32,323 nucleotides of DNA from Planctomycetota bacterium (GTDB lineage Bacteria; Planctomycetota; Planctomycetia; Planctomycetales; Planctomycetaceae), in NCBI GenBank assembly GCA_043718305.1, contig JAYSVZ010000725.1:1-32323 (forward strand). The letters are read 5' to 3'. Positions 17,103 through 26,229 of this stretch are shown here, piece after piece (the first letter of the stretch is position 1; every line of letters begins with the position of its first letter). A program made the translations under genes and the position numbers. The notes beneath the pieces were generated by a model. That model did not search any database, was not told the origin of the DNA, and saw only the letters and a program-made list of their open reading frames with translations.

Positions 17103-18464
17103 TCAGATTAATTGACACCCACACCGGTGGCGACATCGGACGGATCGCCCGATCAGCACGGCGATCGCCGGGACAATCGGGGCGCGCATGCGGGTGTCGG
17201 TCCAGTAGACCAGATGCACTACAAAGAACCCCGCGATCAGAGCGACCGGCAGCCAGAGTTCCTGCCATGCGCGGGCTCGCACGAAGCGGACAACGGCAGC
17301 CAGGGCCAAGAGCCACACGCCCGCGTAATAGATTCCGACCACCCATCCCAGGTGACGCGAGGCGTCCGTTTGTGGCCCGGGAGTCATCGACCAGAACGCC
17401 CCCGCCCGGTACAACGCAGCCCGCGCGAAGCCGCCCGGATGATCGCCGATGAAGGCTTTCGCCTTGGCCGATTGCCAGTCGTCCTGGGCGATCTCGCCCT
17501 GAATATTGGCCGCGACCATTTCCCGATTCGTCTCCGCTTGCCAGCGATCGAGGCTCACCCCGTCCCAAGCAGCGGCCCCGCTTTCAACGACCTCGGAATA
17601 GAATACGGGATTGTTGGCCAGCCAAAGCGTATACCCGCCGTGTGTCGTGGTGGCGATCGGGTGGCCGAAAACCAGGGTATTGCGAATGATCCAGGGTGAG
17701 AGGACCAAGGCCGTCCCGGCGATCACCCCCACAAAGTATTGAGCCATGGCTCGCCAGCGAACTGGCGGCGGGGTTGCGTTCGCACCCGAAGCGTCTATTG
17801 CTATCGGGAGAGCCCCTCCCCGGAAAGCCACCCATCCTTCAATGATCGACTTTCCGGACAACCACAACCCCAGCGGAACCAGATAAGTCGGACGCGCCAA
17901 AGCACACAACCCCCAGAGCGCTCCAATCAGGATTGCCCTGCGGCGTGATGTCACCAAGGGGGCAGCACAGGGAGCCGATGTAAGCACACACAACAGCCCG
18001 GCTGTGAGGGCGGCACAGAGGGTCTCCGTCATGGGCTGGGCAGTGTAGGTCACCAGCAAGGGGTCCACCGCAACCAGGCCGGTCGCCAGTAAGCCACCTC
18101 GTGACAGAGTTGCCCCGTGAAGCGACTGGTGATCTACGCTTCTCGCCACGGCGTAGATCATTAACAACGACAGCCCCAGATGCAGTCCGGCCATCGGCAG
18201 CCAGTGATATCGACCGTCGGGCGACAGCGGGAGAGCGGAAAGCAGCAGCGGATAGAGTGGAGGCCGAAAGGCGGTGGGACTCCCTAGCCCGGGAGTGGCA
18301 TAACCATGCCCGGCCTGAATTTCACGGGCAATCCCGAGATAGAGATCCCGATCAGTGGTCAGCGACTGCGGAACGGCCACCATGACGATCAAACGCAGTA
18401 ACAACCCGACGGCGATGACCAAAATCAGCGCCAAGTCTTTTCGCAGCCGACTCCGGAGCGGCAT
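17103..18464 (-). CDS. GT39/ArnT-PMT-like polytopic membrane glycosyltransferase
   Basis: 453 aa with many TM segments. The N-terminal loop DRDLYLGIAREIQAGHGY...AFRPPLYPLLL is typical of the undecaprenyl/dolichyl-phosphate-sugar dependent GT-C (PMT_2) family. Confidence 0.72.
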   Translation of the reverse strand: MPLRSRLRKDLALILVIAVGLLLRLIVMVAVPQSLTTDRDLYLGIAREIQAGHGYATPGLGSPTAFRPPLYPLLLSALPLSPDGRYHWLPMAGLHLGLSLLMIYAVARSVDHQSLHGATLSRGGLLATGLVAVDPLLVTYTAQPMTETLCAALTAGLLCVLTSAPCAAPLVTSRRRAILIGALWGLCALARPTYLVPLGLWLSGKSIIEGWVAFRGGALPIAIDASGANATPPPVRWRAMAQYFVGVIAGTALVLSPWIIRNTLVFGHPIATTTHGGYTLWLANNPVFYSEVVESGAAAWDGVSLDRWQAETNREMVAANIQGEIAQDDWQSAKAKAFIGDHPGGFARAALYRAGAFWSMTPGPQTDASRHLGWVVGIYYAGVWLLALAAVVRFVRARAWQELWLPVALIAGFFVVHLVYWTDTRMRAPIVPAIAVLIGRSVRCRHRCGCQLI

Positions 18465-18619
18465 GAACGAACTCCGGGGAATGAGGGGCTGATCAGGTCT
18501 GGTCGGTCGATGAGACTACCCTTCAAAGGCTCTTGCTTCAACAAACAACCATTTTAGGCAGTGAATTGACCGCAACAGAAGACACTCCGCGCCGAAGCCG
18601 ACAGGGCCAGTTCCTCTTA

Positions 18620-18852
18620 GTCCCGGCAGGGACACCCGACAATAGCCCACCGATTCATCGGTGGGGCCACGAGCCTCTCGCGAACAACAGCCCCGTCAGG
18701 GGCGACAGATACTCGTCGTGAGACCCAACGCCGACGGCTCGCCACGGCGGCTTTCGCAGGCGTCTGCCGTCCCTGACGGGACTTGTCGGTCTGTCTGAAA
18801 CAATCTCCCACCGTTGAAACGGTGGGCTATTTTCGGGTGTCCCTCGCGGGAC
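18620..18852. repeat. inverted pair of a ~46-nt double-hairpin element
   Basis: Left arm 18620-18665 is gtcccggcagggacacccgacaatagcccaccgattcatcggtggg. Right arm 18807-18852 is cccaccgttgaaacggtgggctattttcgggtgtccctcgcgggac, its near reverse complement. Small hairpins gcccc-gtca-ggggc (~18690-18703) and gtccc-tgac-gggac (~18769-18782) lie between the arms. Confidence 0.8.
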
Positions 18853-19125
18853 AAGGAGGGGGCTTTCGTAGGCCATGCTCACACCAGGAAGCCCTGACCC
18901 TATCGGCTTCAGCGCGGAGTGACCGACAGGGTCTCGACTCCTAGCCCAGGGTTGCCCGCACGGCGGGAAACCCCGGCTGGCCTCCCCTCTCCCTCGAGGA
19001 GATCCCGAAAGTCGACGTGTGTTGAACTGTTGTTTTCGACTCCTATTACATAGGCTTTGCGGCGAGTGCCGCATTTCCTCTGCGGAACAACAAGGCACGA
19101 TTCTCTTCGACCAAGTGGATGGGTC

Positions 19126-20613
19126 ATGGAACAGTCATCTCTTCCCGCGAATCGATATCGGACCACCCCCGAGGAGACTTCCGGAATGCCGGGAGGGATT
19201 CCGTACATCGTCGGCAACGAAGCTGCCGAGCGGTTCAGCTATTACGGAATGTTGGCGATCCTTTACGCCTTCATGACCAAGTACCTCACGGACGCCAACG
19301 GGGCGAAAGCCCTCATGTCAGAGGAGGACGCTACGGCATGGGTCCACATGTTCAAGGCTGCGAATTACTTCTTCCCGATCCTCGGGGCGATCGTGGCCGA
19401 TGTGTTCTTCGGCAAGTACTTGACGATCATGTCTCTGTCGATGGTCTACTGTGCCGGGCATCTGGTGATGGCATTTCTTGATGCACACACCGGAATCGAC
19501 CCGAAAGTCTTGCTTGGCAGCGGCCTGTTTCTGATTGCATTGGGGTCTGGAGGGATCAAGCCGTGTGTCTCGGCTCATGTCGGTGACCAGTTTGGTCCGA
19601 CAAACAAGAACCTCCTGCAAAAGGTGTTTGGCTGGTTTTACTTCTCGATCAACTTCGGTTCGTTCTTTTCGCAACTTCTGTGTCCGTATTTGTTGAACCA
19701 CCCGATGTCGGCCACAGATCCCACACCCATGTACGGCCCGGCATATGCCTTCGGCATCCCGGGTATCCTTATGGCGATCGCGACGCTGATGTTCTGGCTG
19801 GGGAGGTATCGTTATGCCCACATCCCGGCGGGAGGGACTGAATCGATCAAGGAGACATTCAGCCCCGAAGGACTGCAAGCTCTTCGAGGGCTGATCCCAT
19901 TATTCTTGTTCATCTCCGTGTTTTTCTCACTGTATGACCAAACCGCATCGCGCTGGATCGGACAGGCTCAGAAGATGAACCGCTGGATTAGCGTGCCGAC
20001 GTTTGGGCTGGTTGCTGGAGAAGGCGTTGCGGGCCAAGACGCGTCTCCCATGTTCAGCCTGATTCAGATCGACGAAAGCCAAATCCAGGCGATCAACCCC
20101 GTTCTGGTGATGTTGATGATTCCGATCTTCACCATCTTCGTCTTCCCGCTGTTCGGCAAGTCGGCCACTCCCCTGCGCAAAATCGGGACCGGGCTTTTCT
20201 TGATTGCCCTCTCATTCACGATGACAGCCGTCTACGAAATCTGGTTGCAACGCGGCGATTCCGTCCACTTTTACTGGCAACTCGCGGCCTACTTCGTCCT
20301 CACCGCGGCGGAGGTCATCTGCTATGGCACTGCCCTCGAGTTTAGCTACACCCAGGCTCCGCCGAAGATGAAGTCGCTCATCATGGGGCTATTCCTGTTA
20401 TCGATCTCCCTGGGCAACGTCATGACCGCCGGGTTCAACCACTGGCTTTCGTCGTTGACGGAGGAGTCCAAGAAGATGTTCGAAGGCCCAAACTACTACT
20501 GGTTCTTTACCGGCTGTATGTTGATCACAGCGTTCGCCTACTTGGTCTGGTCGCCCTTCTATCGAGGGCAGACTTACGTGCAAGGCGAACCGGAGCCCGA
20601 CAAGGCGGCGTAA
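19126..20613 (+). CDS. POT/PTR2 family proton-dependent oligopeptide transporter
   Basis: From ATG 19126 (MEQSSLPAN...). Signature GNEAAERFSYYGM (ExxERFxYY), about 12-14 TM segments and FYFSINFGS. The tracked start 19057 adds 23 residues that look non-coding. Confidence 0.9.
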   Translation: MEQSSLPANRYRTTPEETSGMPGGIPYIVGNEAAERFSYYGMLAILYAFMTKYLTDANGAKALMSEEDATAWVHMFKAANYFFPILGAIVADVFFGKYLTIMSLSMVYCAGHLVMAFLDAHTGIDPKVLLGSGLFLIALGSGGIKPCVSAHVGDQFGPTNKNLLQKVFGWFYFSINFGSFFSQLLCPYLLNHPMSATDPTPMYGPAYAFGIPGILMAIATLMFWLGRYRYAHIPAGGTESIKETFSPEGLQALRGLIPLFLFISVFFSLYDQTASRWIGQAQKMNRWISVPTFGLVAGEGVAGQDASPMFSLIQIDESQIQAINPVLVMLMIPIFTIFVFPLFGKSATPLRKIGTGLFLIALSFTMTAVYEIWLQRGDSVHFYWQLAAYFVLTAAEVICYGTALEFSYTQAPPKMKSLIMGLFLLSISLGNVMTAGFNHWLSSLTEESKKMFEGPNYYWFFTGCMLITAFAYLVWSPFYRGQTYVQGEPEPDKAA

Positions 20614-20680
20614 TACCATGTGGTCCTAGCTAATGCTCCGTCATGAACGGGGGTAGCAGTATTCGTAAGAATTCTGACGG

Positions 20681-20700
20681 CTGAAGTCTTACGACTTCAG
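20681..20700 (+). terminator. possible terminator hairpin after the POT transporter gene (no U-tract)
   Basis: ctgaagtc-ttac-gacttcag, a perfect 8-bp stem, followed by cgaccctc. Confidence 0.35.
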
Positions 20701-20759
20701 CGACCCTCAAGCCTGCCACGACGAGGCAATACGAACCTCTGCCCTAAGAACAAACACCC

Positions 20760-21863
20760 ATGAAGATCACCCGCATTCGTGCCTACCGCGTCGACCTGCC
20801 CCTGTGCGAGGGGAGCTATAAATGGTCGGGTGGAAAATCGGTCTCCGTCTTTGACAGCACCGTCGTGGCGATCGAGACCGATACCGGACTCACCGGCTAC
20901 GGAGAGGTCTGCCCGCTCGGGCCGTTCTATCTCCCGGCCTATGCGGCGGGGGTTCGCGCGGGAATCAAGGAGCTCGGACCGCACTTGATCGGCGAAGACC
21001 CGACGCAGGTCGTCCGCCTCAATCGGAGGATGGATGCCGCTCTTCAAGGGCATTCGTATGTCAAATCCGGCATCGACATGGCTTGCTGGGATCTACTCGG
21101 CAAGGCCACCGGGATGCCGGTGTGCGAGTTGCTCGGTGGGCGATACGGCGATGATGTGCCGCTCTACCGGGCCATCTCGCAGGAGTCCCCCGACGCCATG
21201 GCTGCCAAGGTCGCGGGCTACCGGGCCGAGGGCTATCACAACTTCCAACTGAAAGTCGGCGGCGAGGCCCTGACCGACGTTGCCCGCATCCGCGCGGTGG
21301 CGGCCCAACTCCAACCCGGCGATCGCCTGATCGCCGACGCCAACACCGGCTGGCTCATGCACGATGCCATGCGCGTTGTCCGCGGTGTCACCGACATTGA
21401 TGTCTATATCGAACAGCCCTGCCGCTCGTATGACGAATGCCTTTCGATTCGCCGACACTGCAACATGCCATTTGTGATGGATGAGAACCTCGACTCGATC
21501 GAAATGCTGCTGCGGGGCCATGCCGACAAGGCGATGGATGTTGTGAACATCAAGATCAGCAAGTTCGGCGGCCTGACCAAGGCCAAGCAAGCTCGGGATC
21601 TGTGCGCCTCGCTCGGCATCGCCATGACGCTCGAAGACAGCTGGGGCGGAGACATCGTGACCGCCGCCATCGCCCATCTCGCACAAAGCACTCCCACCGA
21701 ACTCCTCTTCACGACCACCGACTTCAACAGCTACGTCACCGTCAGCCACGCGACCGGAGCCCCCCACCGCGTGAACGGCCGCATGTCGGCCTCCACCGCA
21801 CCGGGCCTGGGAATCGAGCCAAAGTGGGATGTGCTTGGACCAAAACTGGTCGAGGTGTCCTGA
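20760..21863 (+). CDS. mandelate racemase / muconate lactonizing enzyme family protein (enolase superfamily)
   Basis: 367 aa. Capping domain, then barrel with FQLKVGG, metal ligands in IADANTGW / YIEQP / VMDENL, and NIKISKFGG. Substrate not inferable. Confidence 0.9.
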   Translation: MKITRIRAYRVDLPLCEGSYKWSGGKSVSVFDSTVVAIETDTGLTGYGEVCPLGPFYLPAYAAGVRAGIKELGPHLIGEDPTQVVRLNRRMDAALQGHSYVKSGIDMACWDLLGKATGMPVCELLGGRYGDDVPLYRAISQESPDAMAAKVAGYRAEGYHNFQLKVGGEALTDVARIRAVAAQLQPGDRLIADANTGWLMHDAMRVVRGVTDIDVYIEQPCRSYDECLSIRRHCNMPFVMDENLDSIEMLLRGHADKAMDVVNIKISKFGGLTKAKQARDLCASLGIAMTLEDSWGGDIVTAAIAHLAQSTPTELLFTTTDFNSYVTVSHATGAPHRVNGRMSASTAPGLGIEPKWDVLGPKLVEVS

Positions 21864-21995
21864 AGACCGGCGGTCTGCCGCTGTGAGTTGCGCAAATTTG
21901 TGGAGGTCCAAGGCACTCCTGACCCCGAAGGGGCTACAGGGAATAGCCCAGGTCGCGACACTGGAGCACACCCAGGGTTTCGATCGCGCGAGCAG

Positions 21996-22066
21996 CCCTA
22001 CCCTGAAAGGGTTGTCCACGAACTGTGAGTCGAGCTTCGTTCGTGTGGGACCCCTTCAGGGCAGGG
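21996..22066. repeat. 28-nt inverted repeat with 15-nt spacer
   Basis: ccctaccctgaaagggttgtccacgaac (21996-22023) pairs with gttcgtgtgggaccccttcagggcaggg (22039-22066). It directly abuts repeat copy B. Confidence 0.75.
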
Positions 22067-22416
22067 TTTCCAAGGTGAGAAAGCCACGGAATTGACCTGG
22101 CCTGCACTGCGTTCCGGATGATTGATCACAGCGCCTTCACAAAGCCGGGATCACACTTTCAAGATCCAGAAAATTGAACCACGGAACACACGGAACACAC
22201 GGAAAAAAGAGAGGAAACCAAGCGTCATCCGAACGTCTGGCGGAGGAGCGAATGCCCGTTTCTTTTGGGATGTGGCATGTGGAAAGTGGCCGCTCTACGA
22301 ACGACTTCCTCTCGGTTCTTTTTCCGTGTATTCCGTGTGTTCCGTGGTTCAATTTCTGCCTCTGAGACTGTGGGAAACACTGAAACTCCGCGATCTTCTC
22401 ACACCTTGGAAGCCCT
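22067..22416 (+). repeat. ~350-nt repeat, copy B (same orientation as copy A)
   Basis: Core 22174-22352 has arms ttgaaccacggaacacacggaacacacggaa and ttccgtgtattccgtgtgttccgtggttcaa. It ends about 40 nt before the coaB-type start codon. Confidence 0.85.
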
Positions 22417-22426
22417 TCCTCCGTCC

Positions 22427-22454
22427 TCCTTCATCCTTCATCCTTCATCCTTCC
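22427..22454 (+). repeat. heptanucleotide microsatellite (tccttca)x3 + tccttcc
   Basis: Units at 22427-22433, 22434-22440, 22441-22447 and 22448-22454. The repeat ends 2 nt before ATG 22457. Confidence 0.9.
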
Positions 22455-22456
22455 TT

Positions 22457-23092
22457 ATGCGAATCCTCATCACCGCCGGTCCCACTCGCGAATACCTCGA
22501 CGATGTCCGCTACCTCTCCAACGGGAGCAGCGGGCGGATGGGATACGCCATTGCCGGAGCAGCTCTCAAAGCGGGTTGGGAGGTCGTCCTGATCAGCGGA
22601 CCGGTAGAACTTCCGCCGCCCCACGGCTGTGAGGTGCATCAGGTGACAACGACAGCCCAGATGAAAGCCGCCTGCGAACAGCACTTTCCGGGGTGTGACG
22701 GCGTGATCGCGACGGCGGCGGTGTGCGACTACAAGCCGGTGGCCCGCGTGAGCGGGAAGATGAAAAAGACCGGCGGGTCGATTGTCGTCGAAATGATCGA
22801 GACCGACGATGTTCTGGCCGGACTCGGACAGTCGAAAGGGGACCGCTGGGTCCTCGGATTCGCTTTGGAAGCCCAGAACCCTCGGGAAAACGCCTTGCAG
22901 AAACTGCGGAGGAAGAATTGTGACTGGATCATTCTGAATCACCCGAGTGCGATCGGTTCCGTAGAGAACAGCGTCGAACTGCTCTCCTCAGCGGGCGAGA
23001 CAGTCGCGAACTGGTCGGGTCCGAAGACAAAAATCGCCACGGCCTTGGTGAAGTGGGTTGGGAAACATGCCGGTCAAAAGAACTCGATGTAG
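22457..23092 (+). CDS. coaB: phosphopantothenate--cysteine ligase (CoaB domain only)
   Basis: From ATG 22457: MRILITAGPTREYLDDVRYLSNGSSGRMG, AAVCDYKP and SGKMKK match the CoaB half of Dfp. There is no flavoprotein (CoaC) half. The tracked ORF start 22265 lies inside a repeat element. Confidence 0.85.
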   Translation: MRILITAGPTREYLDDVRYLSNGSSGRMGYAIAGAALKAGWEVVLISGPVELPPPHGCEVHQVTTTAQMKAACEQHFPGCDGVIATAAVCDYKPVARVSGKMKKTGGSIVVEMIETDDVLAGLGQSKGDRWVLGFALEAQNPRENALQKLRRKNCDWIILNHPSAIGSVENSVELLSSAGETVANWSGPKTKIATALVKWVGKHAGQKNSM

Positions 23093-23157
23093 CGTGGGCT
23101 TCAGCCCACGGTTTCTTACAGAGATCACTCTCGCGTGGGCTAAATCCCACGTTTTTT
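23093..23157 (+). terminator. tandem hairpins after the coaB-type gene; the second has a U-tract
   Basis: cgtgggc-ttca-gcccacg (23093-23110) followed by gtttctt. cgtggg-ctaaat-cccacg (23134-23151) followed by tttttt (23152-23157). Confidence 0.7.
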
Positions 23158-23379
23158 ATACAGCAGGTCACGGCCCGTTGAGGCACCAGCCATGAGCCAC
23201 CGCTCAATGAACAGGCGGCCCATCTGATTTCTACAGATTTTCATAATATTCCTAAAAAACGAATCAGATGACCTTCACTTCACACGATATTTACACAACA
23301 CTTGACTGTGTGCGGGCTCTGATTTCTGTTCCCCTCGGTTCTCGAGGGCGAATTCCTTCTGTCACTGGAGAACTTGGAC

Positions 23380-24405
23380 ATGCTGAAAACTCATCGGAGG
23401 GGCTTCACCCTCATCGAACTCCTGGTCGTGATCGCGATCATCGCGGTCCTGATCGCACTGCTTCTGCCCGCTGTGCAGCAAGCCCGCGAAGCGGCCCGCC
23501 GCACGCAGTGCAAGAACAATCTGAAGCAACTCGGGCTGGCTCTCCACAACTACCACGACACCCACAAGAAGTTCCCGCAGTTGACATTCGGCACGGAGCA
23601 GGCTCCCGGTACAGGGGGCGGTCTGTGGGGCAGCGAGTGGCGTGGAAACAGTGTCCACACCATGATGCTCCCCTACGCTGACCAAGCTCCGCTGTACAAC
23701 CAGTACGACCTGAACCGGTTCTGGGATGTCAATGCCGCCCCGAACACCAACCGAACCTTGGGTCGAACGAAGATCCAGACATTCATCTGCCCGTCCGACC
23801 CTCAGGATGTTCTGAGCACCGAAGGGGGCGGCAACAACTACGGGATCAGCACGGGGCCGAACTTGGGCTGGGAAGCTAACCTTTCTCGAGGTTATGGTGT
23901 GACGCATCGTCGCCGGTCGCTGAGCATGGCCTCCATTACAGACGGCACATCGAACACGATCGCCTTCGGGGAGATCGTCAAGGGTGATAATGACAACGCG
24001 GTCTACTCGACCAAGAAGGGGGATTACGCTCGCAACCAGTCTGTGGCAGCGTTGAATCCCGTGAAACCGACCGCTGCTCAGATGGAAACCTACGGGCTCG
24101 CGACTGCCGCTGGTGGTGCTGACCACCGCAGTTCTGCCGGTCACTCGTGGGCCTCGCCCATGATGGACGACACCGGAATCAACACCATTGTGCCGCCCAA
24201 CTGGAAGTACCCGAACGGCCATGAATGCGGCGGTTGCGGTCAGGGTGATGCCCGTGGAGTGTGGGGATCGCGGAGCTTCCATGTGGGTGGTTCACAACAC
24301 TGTCTGGCCGATGGCTCCGTGCGGTTCATCTCTGAGAACATCGACTTCAATCTGTACCAGAGTATCGGAAGTGCTGACGGCGGAGATGTCGTCGGAGAAT
24401 TCTAA
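23380..24405 (+). CDS. DUF1559 protein with prepilin-type N-terminal methylation domain and H-X9-DG motif
   Basis: ATG 23380 with GGAGA 8 nt upstream. [60 protein letters not shown], and C-terminal [18 protein letters not shown] (H-X9-DG). Confidence 0.9.
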   Translation: MLKTHRRGFTLIELLVVIAIIAVLIALLLPAVQQAREAARRTQCKNNLKQLGLALHNYHDTHKKFPQLTFGTEQAPGTGGGLWGSEWRGNSVHTMMLPYADQAPLYNQYDLNRFWDVNAAPNTNRTLGRTKIQTFICPSDPQDVLSTEGGGNNYGISTGPNLGWEANLSRGYGVTHRRRSLSMASITDGTSNTIAFGEIVKGDNDNAVYSTKKGDYARNQSVAALNPVKPTAAQMETYGLATAAGGADHRSSAGHSWASPMMDDTGINTIVPPNWKYPNGHECGGCGQGDARGVWGSRSFHVGGSQHCLADGSVRFISENIDFNLYQSIGSADGGDVVGEF

Positions 24406-24427
24406 TCCGTACAGATCACAAAAGTTC

Positions 24428-24469
24428 ACGTTCCGGCAAGGCTTTCAAGTCTTGACGGAACGTTTTTTT
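24428..24469 (+). terminator. intrinsic terminator after the DUF1559 gene
   Basis: acgttccg (24428-24435) ... cggaacgt (24456-24463), an 8-bp stem with a structured 20-nt loop, followed by a T7 run up to 24469. Confidence 0.75.
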
Positions 24470-24528
24470 GTGTAATGATCCTTAAGACTCTTGACCACAG
24501 TAGTTCATACCCCAAGGAGAAAATCCAC

Positions 24529-24852
24529 ATGATTCGACAGATCTCACAAGCCGTCACATTGTCGGTGGTTCTGATGGCACTGGGCTGTGGTAGCGGCACA
24601 GTGACACCTGACGCGAATCCCGTTCAGGCCACTCCCGCGAAAAACAACATCAAACTGGCCCTTCAGGACATCGCGAAGTCTGGCGCTACGGGGAGTGCGA
24701 TGAATGACATCACCACCAACGCCGATTTGCTGGCGAAGACTGATGCGGCGTTGGCCGAAACTCTGAAAAAAGACGCTGAGGAACTGCAAGGCTTGACGGG
24801 ATCGGCCAAGATCAAGGCCAAGGCCGAGGAGATGCTGAAGAAGGTGGAGTAA
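24529..24852 (+). CDS. small lipoprotein (107 aa)
   Basis: ATG 24529 with AAGGAG 8-13 nt upstream, lipobox LMALGC, and an Ala/Lys-rich helical remainder. The tracked ORF start 24475 lies within the terminator T-run of the preceding gene. Confidence 0.6.
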   Translation: MIRQISQAVTLSVVLMALGCGSGTVTPDANPVQATPAKNNIKLALQDIAKSGATGSAMNDITTNADLLAKTDAALAETLKKDAEELQGLTGSAKIKAKAEEMLKKVE

Positions 24853-24906
24853 CCTCTTGAATCGATTCGAGGTAGGGATTCTCGCGGGAGTGGCATTGCC
24901 GAACCC

Positions 24907-26229
24907 ATGTCGCAAACCGTGGTTTCCCCTGCCCCTCGCGCCTCGGGTCGCTTTCGCGGTCGAGTGGTTGCACTGTTGGCGGCCGGAGTCATTGGAGCAG
25001 GCCTCTGGGGAACCGGGGCCTGTTCTTTTTTGTTCAACGAATTCGCGCAGCGGGCGATCCAACGTGACCATCTTGACGAAGCCTTCGACTGGTTGATATG
25101 GTCGGGAGCCTGTCGCGATGGGAACCCGGAGACGCACTTTTGGCGCGCCAGGGTATCCCGCAAGCTGGGACTGATTGACGAGTTTGTCGCGGAACGGGAA
25201 CGCTTCGTAAACTCTGGAGGAGATCGCACCCGGGCTCGGCGCGAAACCTCTTTAGCCAAAGCTCATCTCGGCGAAGCCCAGGGCCTCGTTCAGGAGCTGG
25301 CCGATCTCCTTGTGGAACAGGATGGGGACGGCGATGAGATCTGTGAGGCCTTTGCGAATGGCTTTCTCATTCAAAACGATTATCAACAAGCGTTCGTCCT
25401 GATCGAACAGTGGAAGCAGAGCTTTCCCAACGACCCTCGACCGCACTTTGCGAACGGCCGAGTTCAGGACCACCTCAATAACTGGCCAGCAGCTGAGAAA
25501 GAATACCGCGATGCCCTCGCCAAGCAGCCCGACCACTATCCATCAGCTTACAACTTGGCACGACTGCTCCTCGTGAACAATCATCCTGCTGATGCGCTGC
25601 CGCTCTTCGAGCGCAGCCTGGGGATGCGTTACAACGCCATTGCCCGGATTGGCATTGCCAAGTGTCAGCGCCAAGTGGGGCAAACCGATTTGTCGCGTCA
25701 AACGCTGACTGACGTACTCCGCGAGCCCGCAGAACACCTCTCCTTGAGCTATCAGCGCCTCGGTGAGAAACTTGAGGGGAATCCGGCCGCAGCGGAATTG
25801 GGGAGTCTGGAACTCTCCGCTGGTCGCTTTGCATCGGCCCTGAAGTTCTTGAGCATCGCGCACCAAGCGAATCCCCGCGATCTCGATGTGCGCTATGCGC
25901 GGGCCTTGGCTCTCCGCCAAGCGGGGCAAGTGGCCGAAGGGGCTCAAGAAATCGAAGCCGCCAACGCGGCCCGCGCGGCACTCGTGAATGCGGATCAAAT
26001 CGTCGACAAATTGAATCCACTCCAGCCGCAGGTGGAGGAGCGTTTGCAAGTCGGAGAGATTTACTTGCGACATGGCTCGCTCAAGACTGCTGAGTTCTGG
26101 CTGACGAGTGCTTTGGCTCATGCCCCCGACTCGGATCGCGGCCGAGCCCTACTGAAGGAACTCCGCGACCTGCAACGCCTGGTCGCCACGCCGACCGCTT
26201 CCCCCTCTTCGACAACCGCCCAACCATGA
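24907..26229 (+). CDS. TPR-repeat protein with N-terminal membrane anchor
   Basis: 440 aa. TM VVALLAAGVIGAGLWGTGA, then repeated 34-residue helical pairs (for example AEKEYRDALAKQPDHYPSAYNLARLLL and ALKFLSIAHQANPRDLDVRYARALALRQAG). Its stop overlaps the next start (ATGA at 26226). Confidence 0.7.
   Translation: MSQTVVSPAPRASGRFRGRVVALLAAGVIGAGLWGTGACSFLFNEFAQRAIQRDHLDEAFDWLIWSGACRDGNPETHFWRARVSRKLGLIDEFVAERERFVNSGGDRTRARRETSLAKAHLGEAQGLVQELADLLVEQDGDGDEICEAFANGFLIQNDYQQAFVLIEQWKQSFPNDPRPHFANGRVQDHLNNWPAAEKEYRDALAKQPDHYPSAYNLARLLLVNNHPADALPLFERSLGMRYNAIARIGIAKCQRQVGQTDLSRQTLTDVLREPAEHLSLSYQRLGEKLEGNPAAAELGSLELSAGRFASALKFLSIAHQANPRDLDVRYARALALRQAGQVAEGAQEIEAANAARAALVNADQIVDKLNPLQPQVEERLQVGEIYLRHGSLKTAEFWLTSALAHAPDSDRGRALLKELRDLQRLVATPTASPSSTTAQP

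Noticed and set aside
21093-22019. 308-aa minus-strand ORF
   Set aside because: It is antisense to the MR/MLE enzyme gene and extends into repeat DNA. It has no motifs.
24853-24906. Palindromic gaatcgattc core between the lipoprotein and TPR genes
   Set aside because: It is a short zero-loop palindrome with imperfect flanks, so it is expected by chance and cannot form a useful hairpin.
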